Below the pieces are notes generated by a model. That model was not told the origin of the DNA and did not search any database. It saw only the letters and a list, made by a program, of their open reading frames with translations. A program made the translations under genes and the position numbers. DNA of 64,000 nt from Lepidodermella squamata (Eukaryota > Animalia > Gastrotricha), in contig JBLDXI010000012.1 of assembly GCA_047495785.1 (NCBI GenBank), forward strand, positions 930,001-994,000, given 5' to 3'. Of this stretch, positions 1 through 11,441 are shown one piece after another; within the stretch, counting starts at the first letter, position 1, and the number at the start of each line of letters is the position of its first letter.

Positions 1-313
1 TGTTATCAACAGTAAAGACAGAGGAGAAAAAGTCATTGAGCACTTTAGACTTTGATTCATCCGATGATATAATACTACCATCATTTAAACGGAGACTCGG
101 GATCGACGGCCTAGATTTCAGGCGGCTATTTGCATACTTATAGAAACACTTAATTTTACCGTTGTTCAATATGTTCAATTCATGATTTGCTCGAAAATTC
201 AATTCAATCAACCGAGGATCAAGGAAAACGGAGCAGTGTCCAGTTAGGTTGAAATTCGAACGCCTTCAAGTGAATAATTATAAAATAAAAATTGAAAAAA
301 TTCAAATAAAATA

Positions 314-1140
314 TTACTGTTTCTTCTTATCCGCTTCCGTTTTCTGGCTTGAAATCACGCCAATAGAAACGAGAATGGACTGGGCTGTGCGGAGAGCGCT
401 TTCGTAAAATGTTTTGTAGAAGTCTTTTCGCAGCGTCAGGCATTTGCTGAAGCAAGTCTGCATCCCGGCTAGGTCGTGGGCGGCGAGAGAATCAGCGGCG
501 ATCGCGACTAAAATGCATTGAGCTGTACCGTCGGATATTTCGAAAACTCGCTGAAGTTCTCCGAGGACTCTTGCTAGGATGACGTCCAGATCTAAAACAA
601 AATAAAATTCATATTTCAAATTTTAAAATATATTAAAATTCAGAAATATGCTTGAAATTGGGAAATTTGATCGATGGAAATTTACGAGTCACTTGCACTT
701 TTCTCAATATCTTTGCCGAGATCAGCGGCTTTTGCGATGGCGAGAAGAAAGACATTAGACGCTGGATTGCATTGACCAGCTTCGGCGAGGCTCCACGAAA
801 ATATCGCATATTTTTGATGCGGTGCGAAAGGCCCAATGGCATTTGCAAACGTCATCTCGTCGTAAAAAATGATGAGCGGAATGACGAAAGTGGCCATGGT
901 TAGGGTGATAAGCCTTTGCACTCGGCTTCCATGGATGACAGATCGAAAGCAATTCACGTTTTTACCGAGTTCTAGTAGCCTCGATTTAGCGAATTGCGCA
1001 GTGAAATCCGAGCTTTGCGGAAGAATAGCAGTGATTTGAGGTTCAATTGGCAAGTAGAGGAAATTTCCGATTTCTTCAGGTTCAACATCAGCCCATTGAA
1101 CATAGGTGGTAAACACGGCCGCAAACCACTTCGATGTCAG
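314..1140 (-). CDS. Uncharacterised multi-exon protein (last two exons; 5' end not resolved)
   Basis: Same-strand ORFs 682-1116 and 314-619 can be joined by a short AT-rich intron (acceptor ttttag at 592-597). A second acceptor-like ctgttag precedes the upstream exon. No recognisable domain. Confidence 0.45.
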
Positions 1141-1529
1141 CCGCTAACAGCAATGTTTTCCCTTAGACTTTCAATGGCAGCATAAGCACTTGATGGGTCA
1201 TGAGTGTAAGCTGCATATGTGGATACTTCAAATAACTGCGTTAGCCGAGGCTAGTAGAGCACACGCCACTCAAAACTTGATTTGACATTTGACATTTGAT
1301 TTGTAACGTTCGCATTGCTGATGTTTTTAGGCCCGAGTTCCCCAACGTAAAACGATTGCCGTTTTTCCTGACCAGCTTTCACTTGACCGATGAATCTTTA
1401 GATTTCACTGTTCTCTGATCCATAGGGTTCCACAGTGCATTCGGCCAATGCTGTTTTTACTACATCGGAGGCGAATGAAGACCTCTCTTGCAACGAATGA
1501 AAAACAAACGCATGATTCGTTAAGGATGG

Positions 1530-2234
1530 GCACAATTATAGCAATTTTCCAAGCAAGAAGAACGATCCCGCAGTTTAGGCTAACCTTGTACAGCCAGCGC
1601 AAATGTTTGACCGAAAGCAGTACCTCCTTTTTTCAGAAGTACATTTGAGACGTTTTCGTGACATGGATTGGGTTAGGGTCAGGCTTAATTATTTTTGCTT
1701 ATTGATTAGTAAAATAAATAAATAATTTATAAAATATAAATAGATAATATAAATTACAAATTATATTAAATTAGAATTATTAATTATATAGGTATTCAAT
1801 TTATATGAATTTATACGAATACATATTTAATAATTATGAATTTTCAGAATGCCAACACGCCTATTAGCGCTTTTGCGAAATTGACGCAACTTTTCTCGAT
1901 TATTCGTGACAAAAGCGCCGGTTCAGTTTCGGTCACAACCTGGTCGCTGGCGGCTTACACCTGTATCGCCCGTATCATCACCCTGAAAATGGAAATGGAA
2001 GTCCTGGACATGTCGCTTTTCGTTCTCTACATTGTTGCTGGCACTTTAAACGTCGCCATTGTTCTCGCCTGCCTTTTCTATGGATCTGGTGGAAAGAAGT
2101 CGGAGGAAAAGGAAACAATTGCTGAGAATAAGAAGTCGGAGAAGCTGCGCCGGTCGCCTGATGCCTCGCCCGAGCGCCCGACTGCTTCGAACCCGGCTCC
2201 GCTGCCTCGCCGCTCACCTCGCAAAGCTGATTAA
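1530..2234 (+). pseudogene. Truncated or degenerate PQ-loop (SLC66A3-like) paralogue
   Basis: Exon from 1848 (NANTPISAFAKLTQLFSIIRDKSAGSVSVTTW...) aligns with the second half of the gene at 3473-4344. Upstream exon-like remnants (~1530-1710) resemble its exons 2-3 but are disrupted, and no first PQ loop was found. Confidence 0.5.
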
Positions 2235-2590
2235 AAATGCTGAGTAAAAAGTTGTTGATGGATATCAAAAATTCATTCCAATCGAAAGAAAAACAGCTAC
2301 TTATTCCTCCACTTTGGATGCAAATAATATTGCCTGATATTTCGTTATAACTATTATTATAATTTTTGAGGTTTATTTTTCGGTGAAATTTTTGGTTGGG
2401 TTTATTATGGCTCATTTACGTTATCAATATCGAAACGATGACGCACTTTGGAAACATGTTTACTCGTTTTTTGTTTAAGGAGTATGCATGGAAAAATAAA
2501 ACTTGCACCTTTTTCAATCAATTTGTGTTTTTTTCCGATCCTAGCGCTCAATCCTGGTTTCCTGTAGAAATTGGTTCAGCTATCTATTGA

Positions 2591-3057
2591 CCCTTGCTAG
2601 TTCCCGAGTCGTGAACGAACTTTTGGTGCGCGTGTTTTCCGATTTCACCTGTTCATCAGCTCTAGGGGCCAAATTAGGCATGAATAGCATGAATATCACT
2701 AATTGTTAACAATTTTACACCGTCTTTAGCAAAGATGAGCCAAAATATGGTCTCCAGGGCTTGAAAACCCGATAAATACCTGGAATTACCGATCGGTATT
2801 TTCAGAGGTTACAAGGACACCAGACATGATGTTTTTGCGGATCTATTCTATTTATTGTTAATTCAAGCGAAAAATAGGGATTTCTACTCGGGGGTGAAAT
2901 CAGAAATTCGAAAATGCTGTAAAAAGGCGAAAAAAGTTCCGATATTTGACCCCGTGGGAATCCGAATTCAGGCCATTTTAGGGTTTTCCCGAGGTCAGTT
3001 ATTTGAATGACCTATTAATCAATAAAGTTTATCACCACCGAAGGGGACCGTTAAGGG
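2591..3057. mobile_element. Degenerate piggyBac-like non-autonomous element
   Basis: Ends CCCTT...AAGGG flanked by TTGA and TTAG (decayed TTAA), with weak further terminal complementarity. Confidence 0.3.
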
Positions 3058-3472
3058 TTAGCAGTCTTGATTACTGTCATGTTAAGCGGAAATGCCGTAA
3101 CCTGTTGCTTCCGATATCGTAGGAATAGCTGCGAGGGAAGCGTATTTTTTCCAGGGACACAATCGACCCAATTCTATCCCGGCATTTTTACATGTTATTG
3201 CGTGAAGTGCCGCACGTAAAAAAATAACTGCTTATGCGTATGCATATGTCTTTCCCACTCGCTCGATCGGAACAATACCTGAGCGAGTGGCCATTAGCTA
3301 TCTTGCATTTTGCTATAAAAAGTATTTTATCTATAGCTCGTTCTTCCTACTACGGCCGCTTTTTTATGTCAAACCGGCACACGCTCAATAATTGTGTAGT
3401 AGGAATGTCTGAATGAAATATTGTAGCCATCTAGCTTTTAGAAACTAGTATTAAATTTGCAGTGCGGTGACA

Positions 3473-4344
3473 ATGTCTTCGATGTCGCCATTTTCAGCGG
3501 TAATATACCACTTCGCGACCTGGTCGTGCGTAGCCGCCTGTGTGGTTTTAAAATTGCCGCAATTAGCATCGGTAATTTCATCCAGGTCGACGCAGGGTTT
3601 GTCAACTCAAAGCGTCATGCTAGAGCTGTGGAGTTTCGCATCTGAAATGATGTACCAGGTCGCGGAGGGCATGCCGTTTCTGCAATATATCGACTACATT
3701 TTCATAATGATTCAAGGTTTTATTCAACAATTATTGCGAGGATTTTTTTATTTTCAATTTTCCCAGAGATTCCGCTGTTCTTGTTAGTTTTACACTTCAA
3801 CAAAAGCTTCAACTCAACTATTGCAATTTTCGCAGCAATGTAAAAAAATCTCTGCAAAGGGAAATTGTTTTATCTAAAATTCTTCTTCAGATGCTTAATC
3901 GTTTTCGGAGTCATGGCCTTCGGCTTAACATCTTCTGCTTTCAATATTTTCATCTTGGTAAAAATTATTCGATTTCGAAAAAATTTCCATTGCAACAATT
4001 TTCACAGAACAGCAGCGCGCCCGTGACTATAGCCAGCAAAATCTTTCAGCTAAATGACATTATTCGCAGCAAAAGTCCTGGTTCAGTTTCGGCAGCCACC
4101 TGGTTTCTCGCTACCTACAGCTGCTTTGGTAAAATTTCATAGCCCGACTCATTTTTTATTAAAAAACGTTTCGATTCTAGCCAAAGTGATCACTTTACTG
4201 CTGGAAGCTCCGGACATGGCTCTGCTGATTCTTTTCACCATCTGCGGAGTCTTCAATGGTGCTATTCTAGCGGCTTGTCTTCACTACGGGAAAAAGTCGA
4301 AACCTGAAGAGTTCTTTCAAATTGAGAAACTTCGAATTGACTGA
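3473..4344 (+). CDS. SLC66A3: PQ-loop repeat membrane protein, SLC66A3/PQLC3-like (about 5 exons)
   Basis: VLKLPQLASVISSRSTQGLS first PQ loop, a second repeat SKIFQLNDIIRSKSPGSVSAATW, hydrophobic helices and short GT-AG introns. Confidence 0.8.
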
Positions 4345-4487
4345 TTAATCATCCCTTTCAAGTGAATAGAATAATATAGACGCCAATTGAAATAATAAAG
4401 CAAGCCTCGAGCTTTTAGGTGTGTCTAAAAAAATCAAAGTGATATAGGCAAGGTCATAGTTCGATTGATATTTTTTCTCCAGCGATA

Positions 4488-4628
4488 GGCGCGTGGAAGG
4501 CTCGAACGTGAAGCGCGTGCTTTTTGTGATTGGTCCGCTCAACAATAGCCAAAAAACGTGTCACGATCGCTCGGCGCAGCGCTGATCGATCTCTCACGTG
4601 CTTTCCGCGTCTACTCGCCTATTTAAAC
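4488..4628 (+). promoter_or_regulatory. sHSP promoter: TATA-like TATTTAAA plus clustered NCGTG motifs
   Basis: TATTTAAA at ~4620. GCGTG/ACGTG occur at ~4491, 4506, 4515, 4556 and 4596. Confidence 0.5.
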
Positions 4629-4731
4629 CGAGTGAATCAAGGTGGTTAGACATCAATCAATCTCTTGCTTTAATAAGCTTTTCAATCAATTCTCATTTGA
4701 GTTTTTCATTTTCTTCCGCCTACCAATCAAA

Positions 4732-5679
4732 ATGCAATCTGTCTACCCGACCTCGACCTACTGCCCGTCGACCATGACCGGCTACCCGACCATGATGGAC
4801 AAGTACGCCAAGTTCGACTACTACTCGCCGATGAACACCACTGGCTACTTCCCTGGCATGCCGACCACCAGCCCGATCATGCCGACCCCGTTCGCCAACC
4901 CGATGGTCCCGACCCCGTCGACCTGGGCTCCGTACCCGACCACCTTCGGCCCGATGGGCGCCGCCTTCCCCAACACCTGGGCCAACAACACCCCGTTCTA
5001 CAACGAGAACCTGTGCAACGTTGCCTCCCGCCCGACCAGCCCGGTTGAGCTGTACTGCCTCACCAACCCGATCCGCATGATCGACAACGAGGGCAACCGC
5101 CAGCTGTACCTGTGCTTCGAGCTCAAGGGCTTCAAGCCTGAGGAGGTCTGCGTCACCCTGAACAAGGCCGAGCGCGCTGTCATCGTCGAGGCTGCCCAGG
5201 ATGCCAAGGACGGCAAGGAGCACCAGATCACCCGCAAGTACTCGCGCAAGTTCGTCCTGCCCGAGGTGAGAACGAATTTTTCATTAAAATCTCGAATTTT
5301 TTGCATTCTATCTATTTAATAGACCCTTGCCAAGATCGACCTGACCAAGGTTGAGCTCAAGTCGTGCCTGACCCAGGAGGGCTACCTCGTCGTCGAGTGC
5401 CCGCTCCCGAAGATGACCACCGAGGAGATCGCCAAGTCGCCGATGATGCCGCCAATGAACGCCTACCCGTTCGCCGGCTACCCGACTGGTTACCCGACCA
5501 CCTTCGGCTACCCGACTGGCTACCCGACCTCCTTCGGTTACCCGTCTGGTTACCCGACCACCTTCGGTTACCCGACCACCTGGGGATACCCGACTGGCTT
5601 CCCGACCAGCTATGGCTGCCCGACCGGTCTGACCTCGACCATCAACAACGTTCGCCCCGTCACCGTCAAGACCGCCTAA
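4732..5679 (+). CDS. Small heat-shock protein (alpha-crystallin domain) with Pro/Thr/Met/Tyr-rich N-terminus and GYPT-repeat C-terminus; exons 4732-5265 and 5323-5679
   Basis: LCFELKGFKPEEV...RKYSRKFVLPE|TLAKID...SCLTQEGYLVVECP fits the HSP20 domain. C-terminal PVTV is IXI-like. Phase-0 GT-AG intron and strong C-ending codon bias. Confidence 0.9.
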
Positions 5680-5881
5680 ACAGCGTCTTATTTCGATTAA
5701 ACTTTATTGATTAGTCACGAGCCGATTTTTTCGCTGTGACACTATATAATGGCAATGTGATAAAAAAACCGAAATTTTCTTTTGATTATTTCGAAATAAA
5801 AATTGGAGGAATTATGACTTTTATTATCGCGACATTATATTTTGACCTGAAATCAAACCTGAAATTGAAAAAAATTATCTG

Positions 5882-5990
5882 TGATTCTTCAGGAGGGTAA
5901 AGATTTCGTAGGGTGTTGTAAATCCAGTAGGGCAAATATCAGTCGTTGTTCGACTCGACGTAGGTGACATGGAAATGGCGAAGAGGATCA
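5882..5990 (-). pseudogene. Decayed 3' fragment of a serine-protease-homologue gene
   Basis: agggtaaagatttcgtagggtgttgtaaatccag closely matches 7570-7603 (the WIYNTLRNLYP end of the neighbouring gene), with internal deletions. Confidence 0.6.
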
Positions 5991-6089
5991 AAGCAGGAAA
6001 CTCTTTTGATTTTAGTGATTATCTAGAATGCTTCTAGTTTTAAAGGCGATCCGAGCCCTTGTGCCGTTGATCGAACTAAATACTAAATA

Positions 6090-6522
6090 CCGTATATACC
6101 GGATTATAAGTGAGGACCTAATTAGAAGGGAGGACCTATTTAGTAGAGATGGTTACGAGGCATTTGAAATAATTTAAGGGAGGACCTAAATTGTAGAGAG
6201 GGTCTGCTACCAACACTCTTGACGCCACCCAGAAATGCGCGCGCAGGTGTTCACCTTAATCTCTCTTAATCTTGTTTGCATACAGCTTAAGCGAAACTTG
6301 AGGGAAAAGTGGCCCGACTACCTGGTGCGAGGCATTATCGCCATGAAAATCCTTACTTTTGATGGTGATTAGCGGCATTTTCAGTGATACCTCGGGTTTG
6401 TTCGGGGCGAAGAAAAAATAATAGGGAGGCCCTAAATAAAAGAGAGGCCCTGAATTGAAGAGAGGGGTTTTCGGACCGTTTGAAAAAATAGTAGGGAGTC
6501 CTTTATATTCCGGTATATACGG
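6090..6522. mobile_element. MITE, Tc1/mariner-pogo-like
   Basis: 20-bp TIRs CCGTATATACCGGA(T/A)TATAA with 1 mismatch. TA lies on the left flank only. Subterminal GAGGACCTA repeats. Confidence 0.7.
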
Positions 6523-6642
6523 CTTGAGAAAAGTTTATTCAAGCATTTGAAATACCAAGCCGCTTGGCCCATTTGGCCTTTATTTATTCTCACGCAATTC
6601 ATATTTCAATGTAGATTCACATGGATAACACTTGAGCACAGT

Positions 6643-7041
6643 CTAAAAAGCAATAATGGCAGCAGCAAGGAAAGTGACGGCGAGGGCCGAGAAGGCTGCT
6701 GCACGTGGGGCACTGTTGCAGAAATCGCCGTCGTTGCACTTGCAAAACCTCAGCGGAAAGCCGTCAGCTGAAGAGTCCTCGCACGTGTTAGATGCGCCAA
6801 ATTTGTCACGAAAGCAGAGCTTCAGAGTTCCTTCGATGCCGTTTCTGGTAGCGATGCTTTTGAAGCACCATTCACAATTGGAAGCAGCCGTGTATATTCC
6901 CCCTCCGTTGATGACTTTTCCAACGTAGCATTTGATAGCCGCTGAAGGAATTTACAGATAATTTATAAATTTGGAATTGAGAAACTTACATGATAAGCCG
7001 ATGACAGAAGCGAATGCAATCAAGACAATGAAAGCGCGCAT
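6643..7041 (-). CDS. GPI-anchored Ly6/uPAR (three-finger, quiver/sleepless-like) protein; exons 7041-6990 and 6941-6643
   Basis: Manual translation gives MRAFIVLIAFASVIGLS|SAIKCYVGK...NCEWCFKS...KLC...NTC...FCKCNDGDFCNSAPRAAAFSALAVTFLAAAIIAF*. It has a signal peptide, a phase-1 intron, 8 Cys, a terminal CN motif and a hydrophobic GPI signal. Confidence 0.85.
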
Positions 7042-7557
7042 GATCCAGAAATTCCAGCCAGTGAACGGTATTTATTAGCTGACAAATAAAAAAGATGCAC
7101 GTTTTAGTAAAGTGATTTTTATTGCTTTTCGAGCTTTGTGCAAAAAATCGCCTGATAATAAAAGGCGACAAAACTCATGCTACAAAAAACTTGCAATCAG
7201 AAAACGACAACATCGTCGTCATCGAACTGATCATAATTGGAGTTAACAGTATCGGTTTGCCGAAAGTCGTTTTCCATTAATATCGCGCTCATAAAAATGC
7301 CTTGTTTCAGGTTCGAAGACTCGGCATCATGGTTTTCGGTGAATCATCAGCTTGGCTTGGTCGTGGAATTGATTCCTTTTCTCGTCGAGGATTCTTACTA
7401 TCCCCGAAATATGCATTTTTGACGGGGATCTCCCCAAAAACCATCGATCGGATAAATTATTACTATTTATTCGGCTTTTATTATCGGGAAAATGTTATTT
7501 TGATCTGAACTCATCATTTAAAAAATTATCTAATTTTCGAAAGATTTTTTGCGTTTG

Positions 7558-9325
7558 TTATTCCTCAGCAGGGTAGAGATTTCGCAGGGTGTTGTAAATC
7601 CAGGGCAGGAAACTGCAAATATTAGTATAGACGTCAATGTTCGACTCATCGCAGGTCGTATGCAACTGTCGAAGACCCTCTGCTACGAAGCGATTTCGCT
7701 TATCCACACAAACCAACGGACCGCCGCTGTCGGCCTGGCAAAAATCGCTCATCATCGGCTCGGTTTTGACATCGGTACACGTCATTTGGTTGAGGCGATA
7801 ACCATCGCCAGCTTCTGATATAGTTTTGTTGCATCGCGGGTAAGTTGTTATCGGACGAACGGCCGCTTTGAATAAGTTGGCGCGGGCCGAGTCCATCGGC
7901 TCGTCGACCGAAGATTTCCAGCCAGAAGTGAAGCAGACGTTATGGACAGAATCGCGGGTAGATGACCCGGGGCAAGTCTTGTCCCGGGGTAGGCAAGCCG
8001 GGTTGACGTAGTCGGACAAAGACACATCTGAAGAAATGATTCAGGTTCAAATTTTTTTTAATTAATTTTAATTTTAATTAAAGCTCAACGGCTTAAGTCT
8101 TTTGCTGCCACCCTATTTTTAAAAAATCCTGTAGGGTGACTACAACCCCAGGGTGTCTGAAAAGCATATCTCCGCGCTGGGAAATCGTATAAATTCGGGC
8201 AAAACGGATAAATGACCAGTGTCTCGTAGGCTTGGTGATGAGCTAGGAGCCGTTTTTTGGGACTGTCACCAAACTGCACTAAAGTGCCATCAAAATCGAT
8301 GTTGCACGAAGTATAAATCTCATCACGCTGATGAACTTTTTCTTTGAGAGCGGCTTCCTAGCTATCACCGTTCCTGAGATAATCGTCCAGGTGTGACAAC
8401 AGGCAAGGTCACGTTACAACTTGACACTGGAATATCTCAATAACGGTAGATGATAAAAATATGCGGTTTTCAGATTCTTAATCCCCGATTTTTTTCTCTA
8501 TCGGAAAAGCACGTGTCAATAGGGGAAGAAAAATAAAAATATTTTTCGAAAACATTCTGGGCTAATTAATTAATTATTGATTAATTTTAAATTATTAATT
8601 TTGCACTTACCGTCAAATTTAATAATTGCGATATCGAAGGCTTTCGAATCGGATTTGTACAAAGGATGAACTAGGATGCGTCGAGCAACTGCTTTGATCT
8701 CTCCGGCGTCGTCCTCCGAGTTGCGGTTGATGTCACCCAAGTAGACAGTCACCCTGCGAGGTTGCGTGACATCAGCCACGCAGCTGGCTAACGTTAGTAC
8801 AGTTCCAGGCGATGCGGCGAAAACACCACCACACATTCGCTTGTCACCTGGGGTGGCTAAATTGATAACAATCCTGGCCTGCCAGGGTATCTCGCCAGCC
8901 TGGGCGCGAGTGTTACTCATGTCAATTTGCCCGCCGAATAGAGGTACAGTTCCACATTGGAAGCTGCCGATTTCAATAGGATTTATCTCGCCGTTATCGT
9001 CCGGAGTTGTGGTTCGGCGGCGAGGTGTCCGAACTGGCGCGTCCGGATCTGTCCCGCCATCGACTGGTATCGTAGTACGCCGAGTCCTAGGAGGAGCGAT
9101 GGCAGCTGGCGGTGGTGGTGGAGGAGGCGGAGGCTTAGGAGTGGTTGTAGTCTCAACATCTCCGGCTATCACGTAAGTTCGGCGACCGACACATGCCAAT
9201 CCAACTGAGAAAATTCATAAAAAGACTTATTCCACCTTAAAAATTATTAAAACCAGATAAACTATACTTTGAGCAAAGCTGGCCAGTCCCAGTATCAATT
9301 CAATATATTTTAAATTATTCTTCAT
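7558..9325 (-). CDS. Secreted trypsin-fold serine protease homologue (non-catalytic) with Pro/Thr-rich N-terminus; exons 9325-9268, 9204-8611 and 8027-7558
   Basis: GEIPWQ, CGG, TLASCV (catalytic His replaced by Ser), FDIAII, PACLP, CQADSGGPL. Splice phases are consistent. Confidence 0.88.
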
Positions 9326-9900
9326 TTTGGGTGAAAATTGACGCGAATAAAAGTCGAAGGTAAACAGTTTGTTGTTGAGGGGATGAAAATTTGAACAATA
9401 ATCTGAAACTAATTACCTGACACGATTGTCTAAACAATGAGACCTATTGTCGAGCGCATTGCGGTGTTTTTTACGCATGTTTTGCTCGTGTTCGTCATCA
9501 ATAACTTACAAGGCTAAAAACAATTGAGGAATAAATATGAAAATATCAGAGGGAAGTATAAGTAGAGTTTTTCCTAGATATTTTCAATTTTGTGAGGAAA
9601 CACAAAAATGTATTGGTAATATTGGCTTTTAAAAAATGATAAAAAAGATAAATAATTAATAAATATTGATAAATTGACTTAAAAATAACTTCTTATGCGA
9701 TTTTGGGTAATCAAATAATATATAATATCGTATTTACTAAATCAACATAAAGTAAATAAAAAGCTGTTCAAATAGGATGCTAAAATCCTACTGTTTGCTA
9801 TCATTTGTTTGATTTTTGTTTCTTTACGACAATAACCCATCCTTTCCGGTATAGTAGCGAAATGTCCTATAATTTGTTAGGTCTAATAATAGTTTTCCTT

Positions 9901-11161
9901 ATGGCTAAAATGTTTTTCATTTCTGCAGTAAGTAACGCTCTGACATAATAATTTAAATCGCTAATTTTCCCTTCGAAAGGCCATCAAGGTAGCCCCAAGT
10001 CGGTTAAAAACTGTCGAATCATTCGACTATCGAAGCACCTTGCTGAGCCACTGCCGCCTCCATCCTCAAATAAACTCACCCAGCGAGTTTCGAGGGTACG
10101 CCACAAATATTTCCATGAACTTTCAACTTGGCAGATTCTTTGAAATTAACGACGTGGAACAAACATTCTCCGTGCAAGGCACCATTCAAGCCACGTGGTT
10201 CGACTCGTGCTCGGCATCGCTGTACAAAAATTCCAGCATTTGGCCCCCTGAAGCCGCTAATCTTTTCACAGAGGAGGCTGGTATTTATTGGTGGCCGAAA
10301 ATCACCCATCGAAACGCCGTGAATGACGCGTCGTTAGGGAGCGATTATTTCATGAAATTTTCAGTCACTAGAGCGGCAGTTGGCGGGTTTGCTGCTATTA
10401 TAGCCGGAAGATTTGATTCGTACTGCAATTTAGCTTTCTATTACTTCCCCTTCGACGTTCAACGATGCTATATTCGATTTTTTCTAATGAACCGAATCGA
10501 ATATGCTGAGATGGTATCAGCAAATGTGTTCAGCCGAGTAGGGCTCGTCGCTCGAAATTCGAATTGGGAGGTTGTAGCAATTGAAGCGACTGCAAAGCGA
10601 AGTAATATGTCCGACTTGAAATGGTCGGCTTATTCCGAGGCGGTCTTCACGCTGACCCTAAGGCGCAGACCTCGGTATTACATGGTGAACCTTTTCGCAC
10701 CATGCGTTGTTATGAACTTCATGCTGCTAACGACATTTCTTATCCCAGCTAAGTTGCCAGATCGTGCTTCGATTTCGTCGACAATAATGTTAGGAATCAC
10801 TGTTATGCAAACGATTATCAACTCGTTCCTCCCGCAGACTTCTGAGGACATTTTGGCCTCGTACTTCGTACTGGGCCAGATAATTTTCGCGCTCCTGTGT
10901 TCGTTTCAAGCATCATTCATTTGTTGGTACTGTACGAACAGGAAGAAGCGATCGAGACGCATATTGCGTTTTCGGAGATACAAGTGCCAATTTTACCGAC
11001 TAATTGATGCGTGGTCTTTTGTGCTCGCAGTTGCCTTATTATTAATTTCATATTCGGTTCTAGCATGGCTTTATTGCCATCAGGACGGGAAAATCGACGA
11101 TCATTTTAGCGGCAGCGAATCTGAAAGTTACCAAGCAGGTGCTAAAACATCGGGTGATTAA
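9901..11161 (+). CDS. Atypical Cys-loop (pentameric) ligand-gated ion channel subunit; probable exons 9901-9927 and 9980-11161
   Basis: Cys-loop CNLAFYYFPFDVQRC, pre-M1 LRRRPRYY, four TM helices, M2 with 9' Leu. No vicinal Cys. The first exon is tentative. Confidence 0.88.
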
Positions 11162-11441
11162 AATAACATTTTTCGAGAAATTTCCTCAATAAAAATCAAA
11201 TAAATTGTATTTTATTCCCCATTCGAGACCCGTAAAAATGGCAAGAATTCCGATAGGTTTGCTATTTCGAATTTTCGATTTTTTTCGCTTGGCTGGCTTT
11301 GAGTTGCATATTATGAGATGGGGAAAAATCGATCGTCGGTCCCCTTTTAGCTCAAAAAATTCAACACAGCCCTCACTCTAATTCAGTTATAATCCTTTTT
11401 ATTCAACAAAACGATTTTTCCAGGAAAATGAGTATAAAAGT

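Noticed and set aside
6547-6928. Plus-strand ORFs 6547-6771 and 6656-6928
   Set aside because: They are antisense to the much better supported Ly6 gene.
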